A stretch of DNA of 64,000 bases from Methanotrichaceae archaeon (GTDB lineage Archaea; Halobacteriota; Methanosarcinia; Methanotrichales; Methanotrichaceae). Both the position numbers and the translations under genes were made by a program. Each line of letters starts with the position of its first letter. The stretch's first letter is position 1. The notes beneath the pieces are model-generated. The model did not search any database. It saw only the letters and a list, made by a program, of their open reading frames with translations, and was not told the origin of the DNA. The stretch spans positions 167,366-231,365 of the forward strand of contig CAVVKN010000002.1 of NCBI GenBank assembly GCA_963748825.1, read 5' to 3'. Of the stretch, positions 1 to 9,719 are shown one piece after another.

Positions 1-251
1 TTATAGCATACTACTATAAAAATTACATACTGTATATATTTACGTAATGGCTCTATTTGAATCAATCAGAGGAAAAGAATGGCCTGCAAAAAAGCGATTT
101 TCCCGAGAGGCCCAGTTTGTAAACAATTAAAATTTATCAAATAATCATGTTGAATATCCTAGATAATATTCAGCGCTCATTTTTGCAGTAGAGGTGAGAT
201 ACGATTTTTTACGGAAAAACTTAAATCAACTGCCATATTTGGCTCTCTGGA

Positions 252-2549
252 ATGCATCTCATAATAGCAGAGAAGCACGATGCCGCCAAGAGGATCGCTC
301 AGATCCTGGCCGGCAGCAAGCCCAGCTCCCAGCGAGTGGCAGGCGTAGATACCTATTGCTTTGACGATAAGGTGGTCATGGGCCTTTCCGGCCACATAGT
401 GGGTGTAGACTATCCTACAGGATACAACAACTGGCAGAAGGTGGACTGTAAAGATCTGATCAGAGCTGAGATCGTCGTCCGTCCTATCCAGGAGAAGATC
501 ATCGCGGCTTTGCAAAACCTGGGAAAGCGGGCCGATCGCATCACCATTGCCACGGATTACGATCGCGAAGGGGAGCTTATCGGAGTTGAGGCATTAAAAA
601 TAGTTAAAGAGGTAAATCCCAGCCTGCATGCCGATCGCGTCAGGTACAGCGCTATCGTCAAAGAGGAGATCTTAAAGGCCTTTAAAGACTCTGGAAAGGT
701 GGACTTTGACCTGGCAGCCTCGGGCGAGGCCAGGCAGATCATAGATTTAGTCTGGGGAGCGGCCTTGACTAGATATATCTCCCTTACCTCTGGGCGGCTT
801 GGCAAGGAGTTTCTCTCCGTAGGCAGGGTCCAATCTCCTACCCTGGCACTCATCGTCGATAGAGAGAGAGAGATCCAGTCATTCGTGCCGAAGGCTTACT
901 GGGAGATCTATGCGGATCTGGAGAAAGAGCTTCGGGTGCAACATGCCAATGGGCGCATCTGGGAGAAGGACGAGGTTGACGCAATAATAGCCCGCCTCGG
1001 CCCGGTGGGCATAATCAAGTCCATCGAGACAAAACCGCGTATTGACAAGCCACCGGCCCCCTTTGACACCACCAGCTTCATCTCCGCCGCCAGCGGTATA
1101 GGCTTTTCTGCCGCCAATGCCATGCGTTTAGCCGAATGGCTCTACATCAATGGCTTCATCTCCTACCCCAGAACGGATAATACCGTTTATCCGCCATCCA
1201 TTGACCTGGTAGCTCTAACCCGACTCTTCCTGAAAGGCGCTTTTTCGAGTGAGGCGGAGCGGCTGCTCAAGGGAAAGATGCAGCCCACGCGCGGCAAGAG
1301 GTCCACAACCGACCATCCGCCTATCTACCCCACCGTCTCCGTGGCCAAGAGCGAACTGAAGGAAGATCAATGGCGCATTTATGAGCTGGTAGTGCGCCGC
1401 TTCTTCGCCACCTTAGCCGAAGCGTGCGTCTGGGATGCCACCAGCCTCAAGGTGGACATTGGCCCCGAGCCCTTCCGGGCCAATGGAGCGCGCCTCGTGG
1501 AGGCAGGCTGGAGATACTATTATCCCTACAGCAAGGCGGAGGAGCATATCTTGCCGGAGCTGAAGGAAGGAGAGCGCCTGGCGGTCTTGGGTCACACCAT
1601 CGATGCTAAAGAGACGCAGCCACCGGCTCGCTTCGGTCAGGGCAAGCTCATCAAGATCATGGATGATCTGGGGCTGGGAACGAAGTCCACAAGGCACGAT
1701 ATCATCAGCAAACTCTATGCGCGCGCTTATGTGCAGGGCAATCCCATGCGGCCCACCAATACTGCTTATGCCGTGGTTGATACGCTGCAAAAATATGCTC
1801 CCACCATTACCAAGCCGGAGATGACCCAGACTCTAGAGAACGATATGACCCTTATCTCAGAGCGAAATATCAAGGAGGACGAGGTCATCGAGAAGTCGCG
1901 GGTCATGCTTACATCAGTCTTCGATGAGCTAACCTCAAACCAGGATGGCATTAGCCAGTCGCTCAAGGATGGCCTGCGCACCGACAAGATCGTGGGCACC
2001 TGTGAGAAGTGCAAATCCGATCTCATAATTCGGCGCGGCCACCGGGGCTCTCGTTTCATCGGCTGCTCCGGCTACCCGGAATGTCGGTTTACTCTGCCTC
2101 TTCCTAGATTTGGAACGCTGATAGTGACCGACAAGCAGTGTGAGGAGCACGGCATGTTTCACGTCCGCATCATCAACAAGGGCAAGAGGCCCTGGGATTT
2201 AGGCTGTCCCCACTGCAACTTCCTGGAGTGGCAGGCCAAGAAGGCCCAGGAAAAGACAGATCCCGCCAAAACAAAAGAAGAAGTGAAACCGAAGGCCAAA
2301 AAAGAGACCAAGAAAGCGGCGAGCGCAGTAAAAGCCAGGAAAACTGCAAAGCCAGAGGCTCTGGCAAAGGGCGACGGCCTGGTGACCTTGCCGGGAATCG
2401 GGCCCAAAACCCTGGAGAAGCTGACCTTGGCAGGCATCAATAATAAGGAGGATCTGCTTGCAGCAGGGGTCAAGATCCTGGCGGAGAAGACCGGCATTAG
2501 CCCCAAAAAGATAACCGACTGGAGAAGAGCGGCTCGGGCGGAGAGCTGA
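252..2549 (+). CDS. topA: DNA topoisomerase I (type IA) with C-terminal Zn-ribbons, Lys-rich linker and HhH domain
   Basis: Toprim LIIAEK and ATDYDREGE, GRVQSPTL, catalytic ISYPRTD; C-terminal CEKC..GCSGYPEC and LPGIGPKT HhH motif. Confidence 0.97.
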   Translation: MHLIIAEKHDAAKRIAQILAGSKPSSQRVAGVDTYCFDDKVVMGLSGHIVGVDYPTGYNNWQKVDCKDLIRAEIVVRPIQEKIIAALQNLGKRADRITIATDYDREGELIGVEALKIVKEVNPSLHADRVRYSAIVKEEILKAFKDSGKVDFDLAASGEARQIIDLVWGAALTRYISLTSGRLGKEFLSVGRVQSPTLALIVDREREIQSFVPKAYWEIYADLEKELRVQHANGRIWEKDEVDAIIARLGPVGIIKSIETKPRIDKPPAPFDTTSFISAASGIGFSAANAMRLAEWLYINGFISYPRTDNTVYPPSIDLVALTRLFLKGAFSSEAERLLKGKMQPTRGKRSTTDHPPIYPTVSVAKSELKEDQWRIYELVVRRFFATLAEACVWDATSLKVDIGPEPFRANGARLVEAGWRYYYPYSKAEEHILPELKEGERLAVLGHTIDAKETQPPARFGQGKLIKIMDDLGLGTKSTRHDIISKLYARAYVQGNPMRPTNTAYAVVDTLQKYAPTITKPEMTQTLENDMTLISERNIKEDEVIEKSRVMLTSVFDELTSNQDGISQSLKDGLRTDKIVGTCEKCKSDLIIRRGHRGSRFIGCSGYPECRFTLPLPRFGTLIVTDKQCEEHGMFHVRIINKGKRPWDLGCPHCNFLEWQAKKAQEKTDPAKTKEEVKPKAKKETKKAASAVKARKTAKPEALAKGDGLVTLPGIGPKTLEKLTLAGINNKEDLLAAGVKILAEKTGISPKKITDWRRAARAES

Positions 2550-2715
2550 ACGCCTTTATTCCTTTTTAGATGAGCACAAAAATCTTGCTGGCATGCGCCG
2601 GGCCGGATCTGAACTGGCTAAAAAGACATAGCCAAAGATGGCGGCTAAGCAGGGAAAAAGGCCAGCATGGAAGCTTAAGCTAAGGGCGATGGCCTGGAAG
2701 AGCACGGCTAAAGCC

Positions 2716-3087
2716 CTAAGCTAGCGCAGCAGTGCTGTTTCCCATGGCGCTGGCGAGCTGATAGAAGATCTCCCGGCTTTCCAGAGCGATGCCAAGGGCA
2801 GGCCTATCCTCTGCATTGCGCACGATGATCAGGTCTGCCTGGGGTGAGACGTAGATAGACTGTCCCAGATTGCCCCGGGCCACGAAGTCATACTGGCCGC
2901 CATCACGGGGAAGTCCCCACCAGAAGTGCTTATAATAGCCGTTTTCTGTAAGAATTCCGTTCTTCCCCAGTCGTTCTCCGCTGTACATACTCAGGTGAAT
3001 AGAGTAGAGTGGCAATCACCAAAGGAAGAACGACAAGTAATATAGAGGCGAACAGTACTGCCAGAACGATTTCCCGACTTTCTTCAT
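2716..3087 (-). pseudogene. Internally deleted beta-lactamase-like serine hydrolase remnant
   Basis: Signal/TM segment (REIVLAVLFASILLVVLPLVIATLLYSPEYV) joined out of frame to a C-terminal piece YKHFWW...FVARGNLGQSIYVSPQADLIIVR; SxxK core absent; upstream boundary approximate. Confidence 0.6.
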
Positions 3088-3230
3088 GATGTGCACTTTC
3101 GGCAGGCCAAGATAAAAGATTAAAAATTGCTGCAGACAAAACTGATTATATCTCCTTTAACTGAGAAATACTTTTTGAGGTATATGGGAAAAAGGCTCAA
3201 AAAGATTCTGGAGAAGGAATGTTGCACACA

Positions 3231-3305
3231 TGGGCCTGGCCGGATTTGAACCGGCGACCACTCGGTTATGAGCCGAGCGCTCTAACCGGACTGAGCTACA
3301 GGCCC
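3231..3305 (-). tRNA. tRNA with CAT anticodon, most likely tRNA-Ile2 (agmatidine type)
   Basis: Reverse complement GGGCCTGTAGCTCAG...CTCGG-CT-CAT-AA-CCGAG...GGTTCAAATCC..AGGCCCA folds as a cloverleaf; GGGCC acceptor stem resembles archaeal Ile2. Confidence 0.9.
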
Positions 3306-3315
3306 AAAAGAAATG

Positions 3316-3405
3316 CGCCGCCAACAGGGCTCGAACCTGTGACATTCTGGTTACTGCTCTTTAGCAATTAACAGCCAGACACTCTACCAACTGAGTTATG
3401 GCGGC
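3316..3405 (-). tRNA. tRNA-Asn(GTT) with 17-nt intron at position 37/38 (intron 3352-3368)
   Basis: Reverse complement GCCGCCATAACTCAGTTGGTAGAG-TG-TCTGG-CT-GTT-A[ATTGCTAAAGAGCAGTA]A-CCAGA...GGTTCGAGCCC..GGCGGCG; 90 nt = 73 + 17. Confidence 0.93.
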
Positions 3406-3462
3406 TCGACACCCTCCCTCGATGCACAATGATTTAAGCCTTTTGATTAGAAGGTAGATTTC

Positions 3463-4500
3463 ATGCGCGTCCTGAAGAAGAATCTGCGAGGCGATGAAGG
3501 GGAGATTGCCCTGCTCCCGGAGTCGTTAGATGATCTATGGCATCTACAGCACTTGATTTCGCGGGGTGATCTCGTCTTTGCTCTCACGCACAGAAAGGTT
3601 CCAGCCATTGCCGACAAGGCGCGCCCGGAAAAGATGGAGAGAAAGACGGTGCGCCTGGGAGTCAAGGTTGAGGATATAGAGTTTCATATGTATTCCAACT
3701 GGCTGCGGCTGCACGGCATTATCAAATCGGGAATGGATGTAGGGGCATATCATACTCTGAATATCGAGGTGGGAACGGATCTGTCCATCCTCAAGTACCA
3801 CTGGAGGCCGGACCTTCTGGCGCGCATTGATGAGGCCGTGGCCGAGTCGCAGAGACCGCGAGTGATCATTGCGCTGGTGGAGGAGGGTGAGGCCACCATC
3901 GGAGTTTTGCGCCAGTTCGGGGTGCAGATGGCGGCGGAGATACGGCAGGGCAGTGGCAAAGGCAGTGGTGAGGACACGCGCACCGGCTTTTTGCGAGATG
4001 TGGCGCAAGCAATTGATCAGACGGCACAGGGGAGCGCAGAGGTTATCCTGGCGGGACCGGGCTTTACCAAAGAGGATTTAAAGAAAGTAATTGACTCCAG
4101 CCTTCCGGATTTGGCCAAAAGGATTGCCATGGATGATACCTCTTCAATCGGAAGATCCGGATTTCAAGAGGTTTTGCGTCGCGGGGCAGTAAAGAGCGTT
4201 CTTGAGTCCAGCCGCATAGCCAGGGAAGCAAAGCTCATTGAAGATCTCTTCCGGGAGATCGCCACGAACGGCAAAGCCGCCTACGGCATAAAAGAGGTGG
4301 AAACCGCCAAGAACTACGGCGCGATTGAAAAGCTGCTGGTTTTAGATGAGCTGGCCCGTCGGGGAAGGGTAGATGAGATCATGCGCGAAGTGGCCGATGC
4401 TCGGGGGAAGGTAGTGATCTTCAGCTCGGAGTTTGAGCCGGGAGATCGGCTGCGCTCTTTGGGCGGCGTGGCGGCAATACTTCGATTCAAAATCGCTTGA
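3463..4500 (+). CDS. pelA: mRNA surveillance / ribosome rescue protein pelota
   Basis: PESLDDLWHL, LRLHG, YHTLNI, ILAGPGFTK, LGGVAAILRF eRF1-like motifs. Confidence 0.96.
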   Translation: MRVLKKNLRGDEGEIALLPESLDDLWHLQHLISRGDLVFALTHRKVPAIADKARPEKMERKTVRLGVKVEDIEFHMYSNWLRLHGIIKSGMDVGAYHTLNIEVGTDLSILKYHWRPDLLARIDEAVAESQRPRVIIALVEEGEATIGVLRQFGVQMAAEIRQGSGKGSGEDTRTGFLRDVAQAIDQTAQGSAEVILAGPGFTKEDLKKVIDSSLPDLAKRIAMDDTSSIGRSGFQEVLRRGAVKSVLESSRIAREAKLIEDLFREIATNGKAAYGIKEVETAKNYGAIEKLLVLDELARRGRVDEIMREVADARGKVVIFSSEFEPGDRLRSLGGVAAILRFKIA

Positions 4501-4533
4501 AAGTTCGCGAGCCATGAAGCGCGAAAGTGTGAG

Positions 4534-5343
4534 ATGAAAATGACCAAGTGCTGCAAATGCCAACGCTGTGCCATTATCTATCAGAGGTACTCGGGCATGC
4601 ATCTATGCCGGGAGCACTTTGAAGAGGACGTGCACCGCAAGATCAGGGAAGCCCTGCGTAGGACCCGTCTCTTTGGCCCTGGCTCGCGCATAGCCTTGGG
4701 CCTGGATGGGGGGCAAAAGAGCGCTACATTAGCATTTGTCCTCAAGAATCTCTTTTTTCACCGAAGGGACATCGACCTATTGGCCGTGATCATCGATGAG
4801 GGGAAAATAACAAGCCCCACCGCAGACCAGGCCCGCTATGTGGCAGAGCAATTAAGGCTTCCCTATATTGCAAAGAGCTTGCCGCTTCTGCCGGATGAAA
4901 CGCCCTACATAGTCCGCTCTGCACAGAAGAGGAAGCTGCTTTTTTGCACTGCAGAGGAGAATGGAGCCGGCATTCTCGCCACCGGCGAGACCCTGGATGA
5001 TGAGGCTCTGGAGATCTTCATAAGCTATCTGCGGGGCGATGTAGATGCATTCGTATCGGATGGCCCTGAGTGTGAAGAGCAAAAGGTCGCTTGGATAAAG
5101 CCAATGCGGCGTATTCCCAGAAAAGAGGTGCGGCTCTATGCCATCGGACAAGTTCTAGGATTTGCTGATTCCGGCGAGAAAACCAATGCCAGCGAGAAGC
5201 TCTATGCTGATGCTTTGCGCTCGGAAGCAAAGAGGCTGCTTTGCGGCTTTGACGGCCGGCATCCCGGTACAAATTATTCTCTGCTGCGCGGCCTGGAAAA
5301 GGGTCCAGCCGCAAGAAAGGGCCGGCAAGGGCAAAGCCTTTAA
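4534..5343 (+). CDS. Degenerate TtcA/Ncs6 (tRNA 2-thiolation, PP-loop) family paralog
   Basis: N-terminal CxxC...CxxH Zn finger, IDEG, ATGETLDDEA, IKPMRRIPRKEV, HPG motifs; PP-loop and Fe-S cysteines altered. Confidence 0.8.
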   Translation: MKMTKCCKCQRCAIIYQRYSGMHLCREHFEEDVHRKIREALRRTRLFGPGSRIALGLDGGQKSATLAFVLKNLFFHRRDIDLLAVIIDEGKITSPTADQARYVAEQLRLPYIAKSLPLLPDETPYIVRSAQKRKLLFCTAEENGAGILATGETLDDEALEIFISYLRGDVDAFVSDGPECEEQKVAWIKPMRRIPRKEVRLYAIGQVLGFADSGEKTNASEKLYADALRSEAKRLLCGFDGRHPGTNYSLLRGLEKGPAARKGRQGQSL

Positions 5344-5372
5344 GTAAAGATGGAAAATATGTCGAGCCTAGC

Positions 5373-5447
5373 GCCTCGGTAGCTCAGCTGGTCCAGAGCG
5401 ATTGACTTGTAATCAATAGGTCGCGTGTTCGAATCACGCTCGGGGCT
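5373..5447 (+). tRNA. tRNA-Thr(TGT)
   Basis: GCCTCGGTAGCTCAG...ATTGA-CT-TGT-AA-TCAAT...GTTCGAATC..CGGGGCT cloverleaf followed by a T-run. Confidence 0.95.
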
Positions 5448-5785
5448 TTTTCCTTACCAGATTTTTTTAAAAATTGCAAAAAAGTCACAGTCTTTAGTTG
5501 TTTTGTTACAGAGATCATCTCAATGGACAATAGAGATTTGGGCCTGAATTTTCGTTCAGGCCTTTTTTACCTTCTTCATATCCAGCCTGGTTTTGCACCT
5601 GGGGCAGGCTTTAGGCTTATTTACCCTCGTCTCCCATCCGTAATGACATTTTGGACATCTCATCTGTTTCATATTAATACAGTTGTAATAAGAGTATTAA
5701 TAACTTTCGATTGTATATGATTATCCTTACTACTCTGGTAAGCGCAAAGCCTATAATTAAATGGACGTGGTTAATACAGAATTTC

Positions 5786-6265
5786 ATGAACGAGATTTTG
5801 GAGATTCTTTCTGAAAACGCCAAGGCAACCTCATCCGAGATCGCGGCGCTGCTGGGCAGACCCGAGGCGGATGTAGCCCGAGAGATCCGGGAGCTGGAAG
5901 AATCCGGCGTCATAAGAAAGTACATCACTCTGATCAACTGGGAGAAGCTCGACCAGAGCTTTGTCTTCGCCGTTTTGGAGCTGAAGGTAGCGCTGCAGCG
6001 AAAGACGGGCTACGATGCAGTGGCGGAGAGGATCGCCAACTTCTCGGATGTAGAATCGGTGCGGCTGATCTCGGGTGATCACGACCTATCCGTCACCGTG
6101 CGAGGCAAGACCATGAAAGACATCGCCTACTTCGTGGCGGAGAAGATTGCACCACTGGAAGGAGTTCAATCGAGCTGCACTCACTTCATCCTCAAGAGCT
6201 ATAAGGAGCATGGCGTCATTCTCACCGAAAAGCCCAAGCCCCAGAGATTGGTGATTACTCCATGA
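5786..6265 (+). CDS. Lrp/AsnC family transcriptional regulator
   Basis: N-terminal HTH (ILEILSENAK..EIAALLG..LEESGVI) and RAM domain (SGDHDL); start placed at ATG 5786. Confidence 0.93.
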   Translation: MNEILEILSENAKATSSEIAALLGRPEADVAREIRELEESGVIRKYITLINWEKLDQSFVFAVLELKVALQRKTGYDAVAERIANFSDVESVRLISGDHDLSVTVRGKTMKDIAYFVAEKIAPLEGVQSSCTHFILKSYKEHGVILTEKPKPQRLVITP

Positions 6266-7461
6266 AGCAGAGCCTGAAAAACGTATCCATACCCGCCTGG
6301 AATGCCGAGCAGCATTTAAATCAGGTTGTCAAAGACATGCCTCCTTCGGGCATTAGAAAGTTCTTCGATCTGGTGAGCGAGATGAAGGGGGCGATCTCTC
6401 TAGGTGTGGGAGAGCCGGACTTCGTCACGCCCTGGCATGTGCGCGAGGCCTGCATCTATTCACTGGAGTCGGGAAACACTCACTACACATCTAACAAAGG
6501 CATGCCCGAGCTCAGAGAGGCTATCAGCGAGTCAGTGCGCTGCGATCAGGGCCTGACTTACGATTCGGTCGAGCAGATATTGATCACCACTGGTGTCAGC
6601 GAGGCGGTTGATCTGGCTTTTCGCGCCACGCTAAACCCTGGCGACGAGGTCATTGTGCCCGAGCCCTGCTATGTGGCCTACACCCCGGACATCCTTCTGA
6701 CCGGTGGAGTGGCAAGGACAGTTCCCACCCGCCTGGAGGATGAGTTCCGGCTGCAGCCTGGGGATGTTGCCAGGGCCGTAACCGACAAGACTCGCGCCCT
6801 GCTGCTCAGCTACCCCAACAATCCCACGGGAGCGATTATGACCCGCTCCGACCTGGAGGATCTGGCCGATGTCGTTGTCGAGAATGATCTTCTCGTTATA
6901 TCCGATGAGGTCTATGCCAAGCTCACCTATTCAGGCAGCCACGTCAGTTTCGCACAGCTGGAGGGCATGCAGGAGAGGACGGTCATCCTGAACGGCCTAT
7001 CCAAGTCGCATGCCATGACCGGCTGGCGCGTAGGCTACGCGCTGGGCGACCCGGCTCTGGTGGGGGCCATGACCAAGATACATCAGTACACCATGCTCAG
7101 CGCGCCTACCATGGCCCAGGTTGCGGCATTAGAAGCCATGCAGAAGGGCGAGGAGGGTATGCTGCACATGAAGCACGAATATAACCTGCGCCGGCGCATG
7201 TTCGTCTCCGGCTTAAATCGCATCGGTCTGAACTGCTTCGAGCCCAGGGGAGCCTTTTACGCCTTCCCCTCTGTGAAAGCCTGGGGGCTTTCCTCAGAGG
7301 AGTTCGCGGAGCGGCTCCTCAAAGAGCAGAAGGTGGCGGTGGTGCCGGGCAGCGTCTTTGGGCCGAGCGGCGAAGGATTCCTGCGCTGCAGCTACGCCAC
7401 ATCCCGTGAGGAGCTGATTGAGGCGCTGGACAGGATAGAGAAGTTCCTCTCCAGCCTTTAA
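6262..7461 (+). CDS. PLP-dependent aminotransferase class I/II
   Basis: LGVGEPDF, PNNPTG, SDEVY, SKSHAMTGWRVG; ATGA overlap with the Lrp gene. Confidence 0.95.
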   Translation: MKQSLKNVSIPAWNAEQHLNQVVKDMPPSGIRKFFDLVSEMKGAISLGVGEPDFVTPWHVREACIYSLESGNTHYTSNKGMPELREAISESVRCDQGLTYDSVEQILITTGVSEAVDLAFRATLNPGDEVIVPEPCYVAYTPDILLTGGVARTVPTRLEDEFRLQPGDVARAVTDKTRALLLSYPNNPTGAIMTRSDLEDLADVVVENDLLVISDEVYAKLTYSGSHVSFAQLEGMQERTVILNGLSKSHAMTGWRVGYALGDPALVGAMTKIHQYTMLSAPTMAQVAALEAMQKGEEGMLHMKHEYNLRRRMFVSGLNRIGLNCFEPRGAFYAFPSVKAWGLSSEEFAERLLKEQKVAVVPGSVFGPSGEGFLRCSYATSREELIEALDRIEKFLSSL

Positions 7462-7485
7462 GTTTTGATATAGAGACGATGAAAA

Positions 7486-8100
7486 ATGCTTAAAGCTAAA
7501 TTCAATTCGGAGCAGACGGACCAGCTAGCAGGCGGGCTGGCAGCTCTTGGCCTTTCTCCCAATACCTGGACGCTTCTCTCTCTCGTGCCGGCGCTGGGGG
7601 GAATGGCGGCCCTGATGGACGGGCGGCTGGCCTGGGGCCTGGTGCTCTTCGCACTGTCCGCCTTTATCGACATCATCGATGGGACGGTGGCCCGGGTGAC
7701 CCATCAGGCCACGGCGAAGGGAGCCTTCCTCGACGGAGTGGTGGACAGATATGTGGAGCTGATGCTCTACCTGGGACTGCTCTTCTACCTAGGAAGGGGC
7801 GAGTTTCTGGGCATACCTTATGAGGCCTGGTTTATGCTGCTCTTCTTCGGATCGCTCATGACCACCTTCGTGCGAGCCTATGCAGATCACCGGGGCATAG
7901 TAAAGGGCGAAGCAGAGCTGAAAAAGATGGGCGGGCTCTTGGAGCGATTTGAGCGGCTGATGCTGCTTTACACGGGAATGTTTTTGGGGCTTTTCAATAC
8001 CCAGTGGCTGATAATAGTAATAGCCATAACTGTGGTGCTGGCCAATGCCACGGCGCTGCAGAGGATAGCGTTTGCAATCAGAAAAGCAAATGATGTTTGA
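7486..8100 (+). CDS. CDP-alcohol phosphatidyltransferase (archaetidylinositol-phosphate synthase-like)
   Basis: DIIDGTVAR...GAFLDGVVDR signature; hydrophobic helices. Confidence 0.92.
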   Translation: MLKAKFNSEQTDQLAGGLAALGLSPNTWTLLSLVPALGGMAALMDGRLAWGLVLFALSAFIDIIDGTVARVTHQATAKGAFLDGVVDRYVELMLYLGLLFYLGRGEFLGIPYEAWFMLLFFGSLMTTFVRAYADHRGIVKGEAELKKMGGLLERFERLMLLYTGMFLGLFNTQWLIIVIAITVVLANATALQRIAFAIRKANDV

Positions 8101-8335
8101 GCATGAATAAGAGACGGACACAAGGCCCAATTTTTCGAAGAGATCTTTCTTCGAAGTCGGATTCATTTATGGGAACCGCATATCTATCCATGAATTGCTG
8201 ACTCGTTATCTGGCAGAGAATTCTATCCTCTCCGTAGAGTTCTGCCAGGGCGAGGGCGGGACGTCTTTTTGCCTCCGTCGAATCTGAGAATGGAAAAGGC
8301 ACGACGACCACATCTCCTTTCACAAATTTTTCCAA
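8078..8335 (-). pseudogene. PemK/MazF family toxin, apparently C-terminally truncated
   Basis: KGDVVVVPFPFSD..KRRPAL...CQITS motif; only 85 aa, tail after SDFEE unlike the family and overlapping the convergent gene. Confidence 0.75.
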
Positions 8336-8514
8336 GCTTCATCCTCCACTGGGCTTAGCCAATCCTTTGCGAGCACGGATTCACTTAATATCGCAGTCTC
8401 CATTCTTTTCTTTGATGCTTTTCCCTTCAAAAAATGAATAAAATCGAGCATCTCTTCTAGATAAGGCTCAGGGAAAACCTCAATCTCCTTTTGAATTAAT
8501 TCCTTTGTCTCCAT
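8320..8514 (-). CDS. Putative antitoxin (DUF2281-like)
   Basis: METKELIQKEIEVFPEPYLEEMLDFIHFLK...SESVLAKDWLSPVEDEAWKNL; overlaps toxin start. Confidence 0.8.
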   Translation of the reverse strand: METKELIQKEIEVFPEPYLEEMLDFIHFLKGKASKKRMETAILSESVLAKDWLSPVEDEAWKNL

Positions 8515-8855
8515 ATCAATAATACTATCTAACAATGAAGGGTAAAAGACTTTTTGTAGCCGGATATTCCATCGCATCTCTGCCGCCTCCCTCGTGCCCG
8601 AGCGCGCCCGCCCCGGCCCGCCAGCAGCTCTACGCCAGGGCAAATTCGCCAAGGAGGAAAATCATGCAAAAGATGAGTATGCTTCGGACTTGTTTCAAAT
8701 ATTATTTATCCTAAACGCACATATTTCTATTGTCGCAAGTTGAGAATCAAGAGGTCTGATATGTCTGATGGTTCGGATGCAAAGATTCGAGTGGTTTACG
8801 AGGGTGGCGTCTTAGGTAATGAGGAAGAAGAGCCGACTTCAGATTCCAGCTATCT

Positions 8856-9719
8856 GTGGGAATGAAATGGTCAAGTAAGAAGGTGAGCCAGAAATTGGAA
8901 ACTATGGAAACACAGGGGCAGCAGGAAGATAGCGACCGACTGGGCAGGCTTGCAATCCAAATCCTGGGCCTCCTGGGAGGGCTGGCTGGATTACTCATCG
9001 CAGCTTTTGATCTCTTGGCCTCGCTAGTAGGGCTCTCTTCATCCCACATCCCCTCTGGCTGGAGCGAGTTGGGCCTGGCCGGAAGCGTTGTATTCCTGCA
9101 GCTGGGCCTGGCTGGGATTGGGGGCGCATTTCTTTACACCAGAAACAAGAAAAGAGCTGCGTGGCTTCTCCTCGGCAGCGGGCTCTTGGGCTTTCCCGTC
9201 GGATACATAGCCTGGATTGCTTTCTTTGGCTTTCTGGGATGGGTCCTGTGGATTCCTCCGGGAGTGCTGCTCACAGTCGCCGGGCTCCTGGCCTGGATTA
9301 CTCCAGATCGATTGAGATCCCTTCTTGGTCAGGGAAGCAAGAGCTCAGATAGTGCAGATAGGAAACCAATCGATCAGGCACTATTCGTGGGCGCGATTTT
9401 TGCCGGAATAGGTCTGTTAACGGTAATCCTCATGTTTGCCGGCATTCTATTCTTCGGGGCTGAGGATTACCTTAAGGGAGATGCAGGCCGAGACCAGGAT
9501 GATTTTGACAACGCAAATATTGCAGGCAGCATGGGAAGATGGGACAAGGCCATAGAGTCGTATGATGACATTCTCTCCCGCAATCAATCCAACATCCAGG
9601 CCTGGAAGGAGAGAGCTTATGCCCTGGAGAAATTGGACAGATACGATGAAGCTAACGAAAGCTATGAGAAGGCACGGGAGCTGGAGCAAAATCCTGAAAA
9701 CGAAATATTGCGAGAATAG
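8856..9719 (+). CDS. Membrane protein with C-terminal TPR repeats
   Basis: About five hydrophobic segments then TPR pattern (AWKERAYALEKLDRYDEANESYEKA); exact start uncertain. Confidence 0.8.
   Translation: MGMKWSSKKVSQKLETMETQGQQEDSDRLGRLAIQILGLLGGLAGLLIAAFDLLASLVGLSSSHIPSGWSELGLAGSVVFLQLGLAGIGGAFLYTRNKKRAAWLLLGSGLLGFPVGYIAWIAFFGFLGWVLWIPPGVLLTVAGLLAWITPDRLRSLLGQGSKSSDSADRKPIDQALFVGAIFAGIGLLTVILMFAGILFFGAEDYLKGDAGRDQDDFDNANIAGSMGRWDKAIESYDDILSRNQSNIQAWKERAYALEKLDRYDEANESYEKARELEQNPENEILRE

Noticed and set aside
12-25. 14-bp match TACTATAAAAATTA shared with 41593-41606
   Set aside because: Low-complexity AT-rich match and the gene left of the window is unseen; cannot be supported as a shared operator.
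3231-3305. tRNA-Met
   Set aside because: Lacks the initiator A1-U72 pair and GGG/CCC anticodon stem; acceptor stem resembles archaeal Ile2. Elongator Met is not fully excluded without a covariance model.
3231-5447. Integrated element at the tRNA genes
   Set aside because: No integrase and no duplicated tRNA 3' end noticed; flanking genes are core.
9717-9719. Genome-wide TAG-to-pyrrolysine recoding
   Set aside because: nikR, fdh alpha, tyrA and others end at TAG at their expected C-termini; no pyl genes seen in the window.
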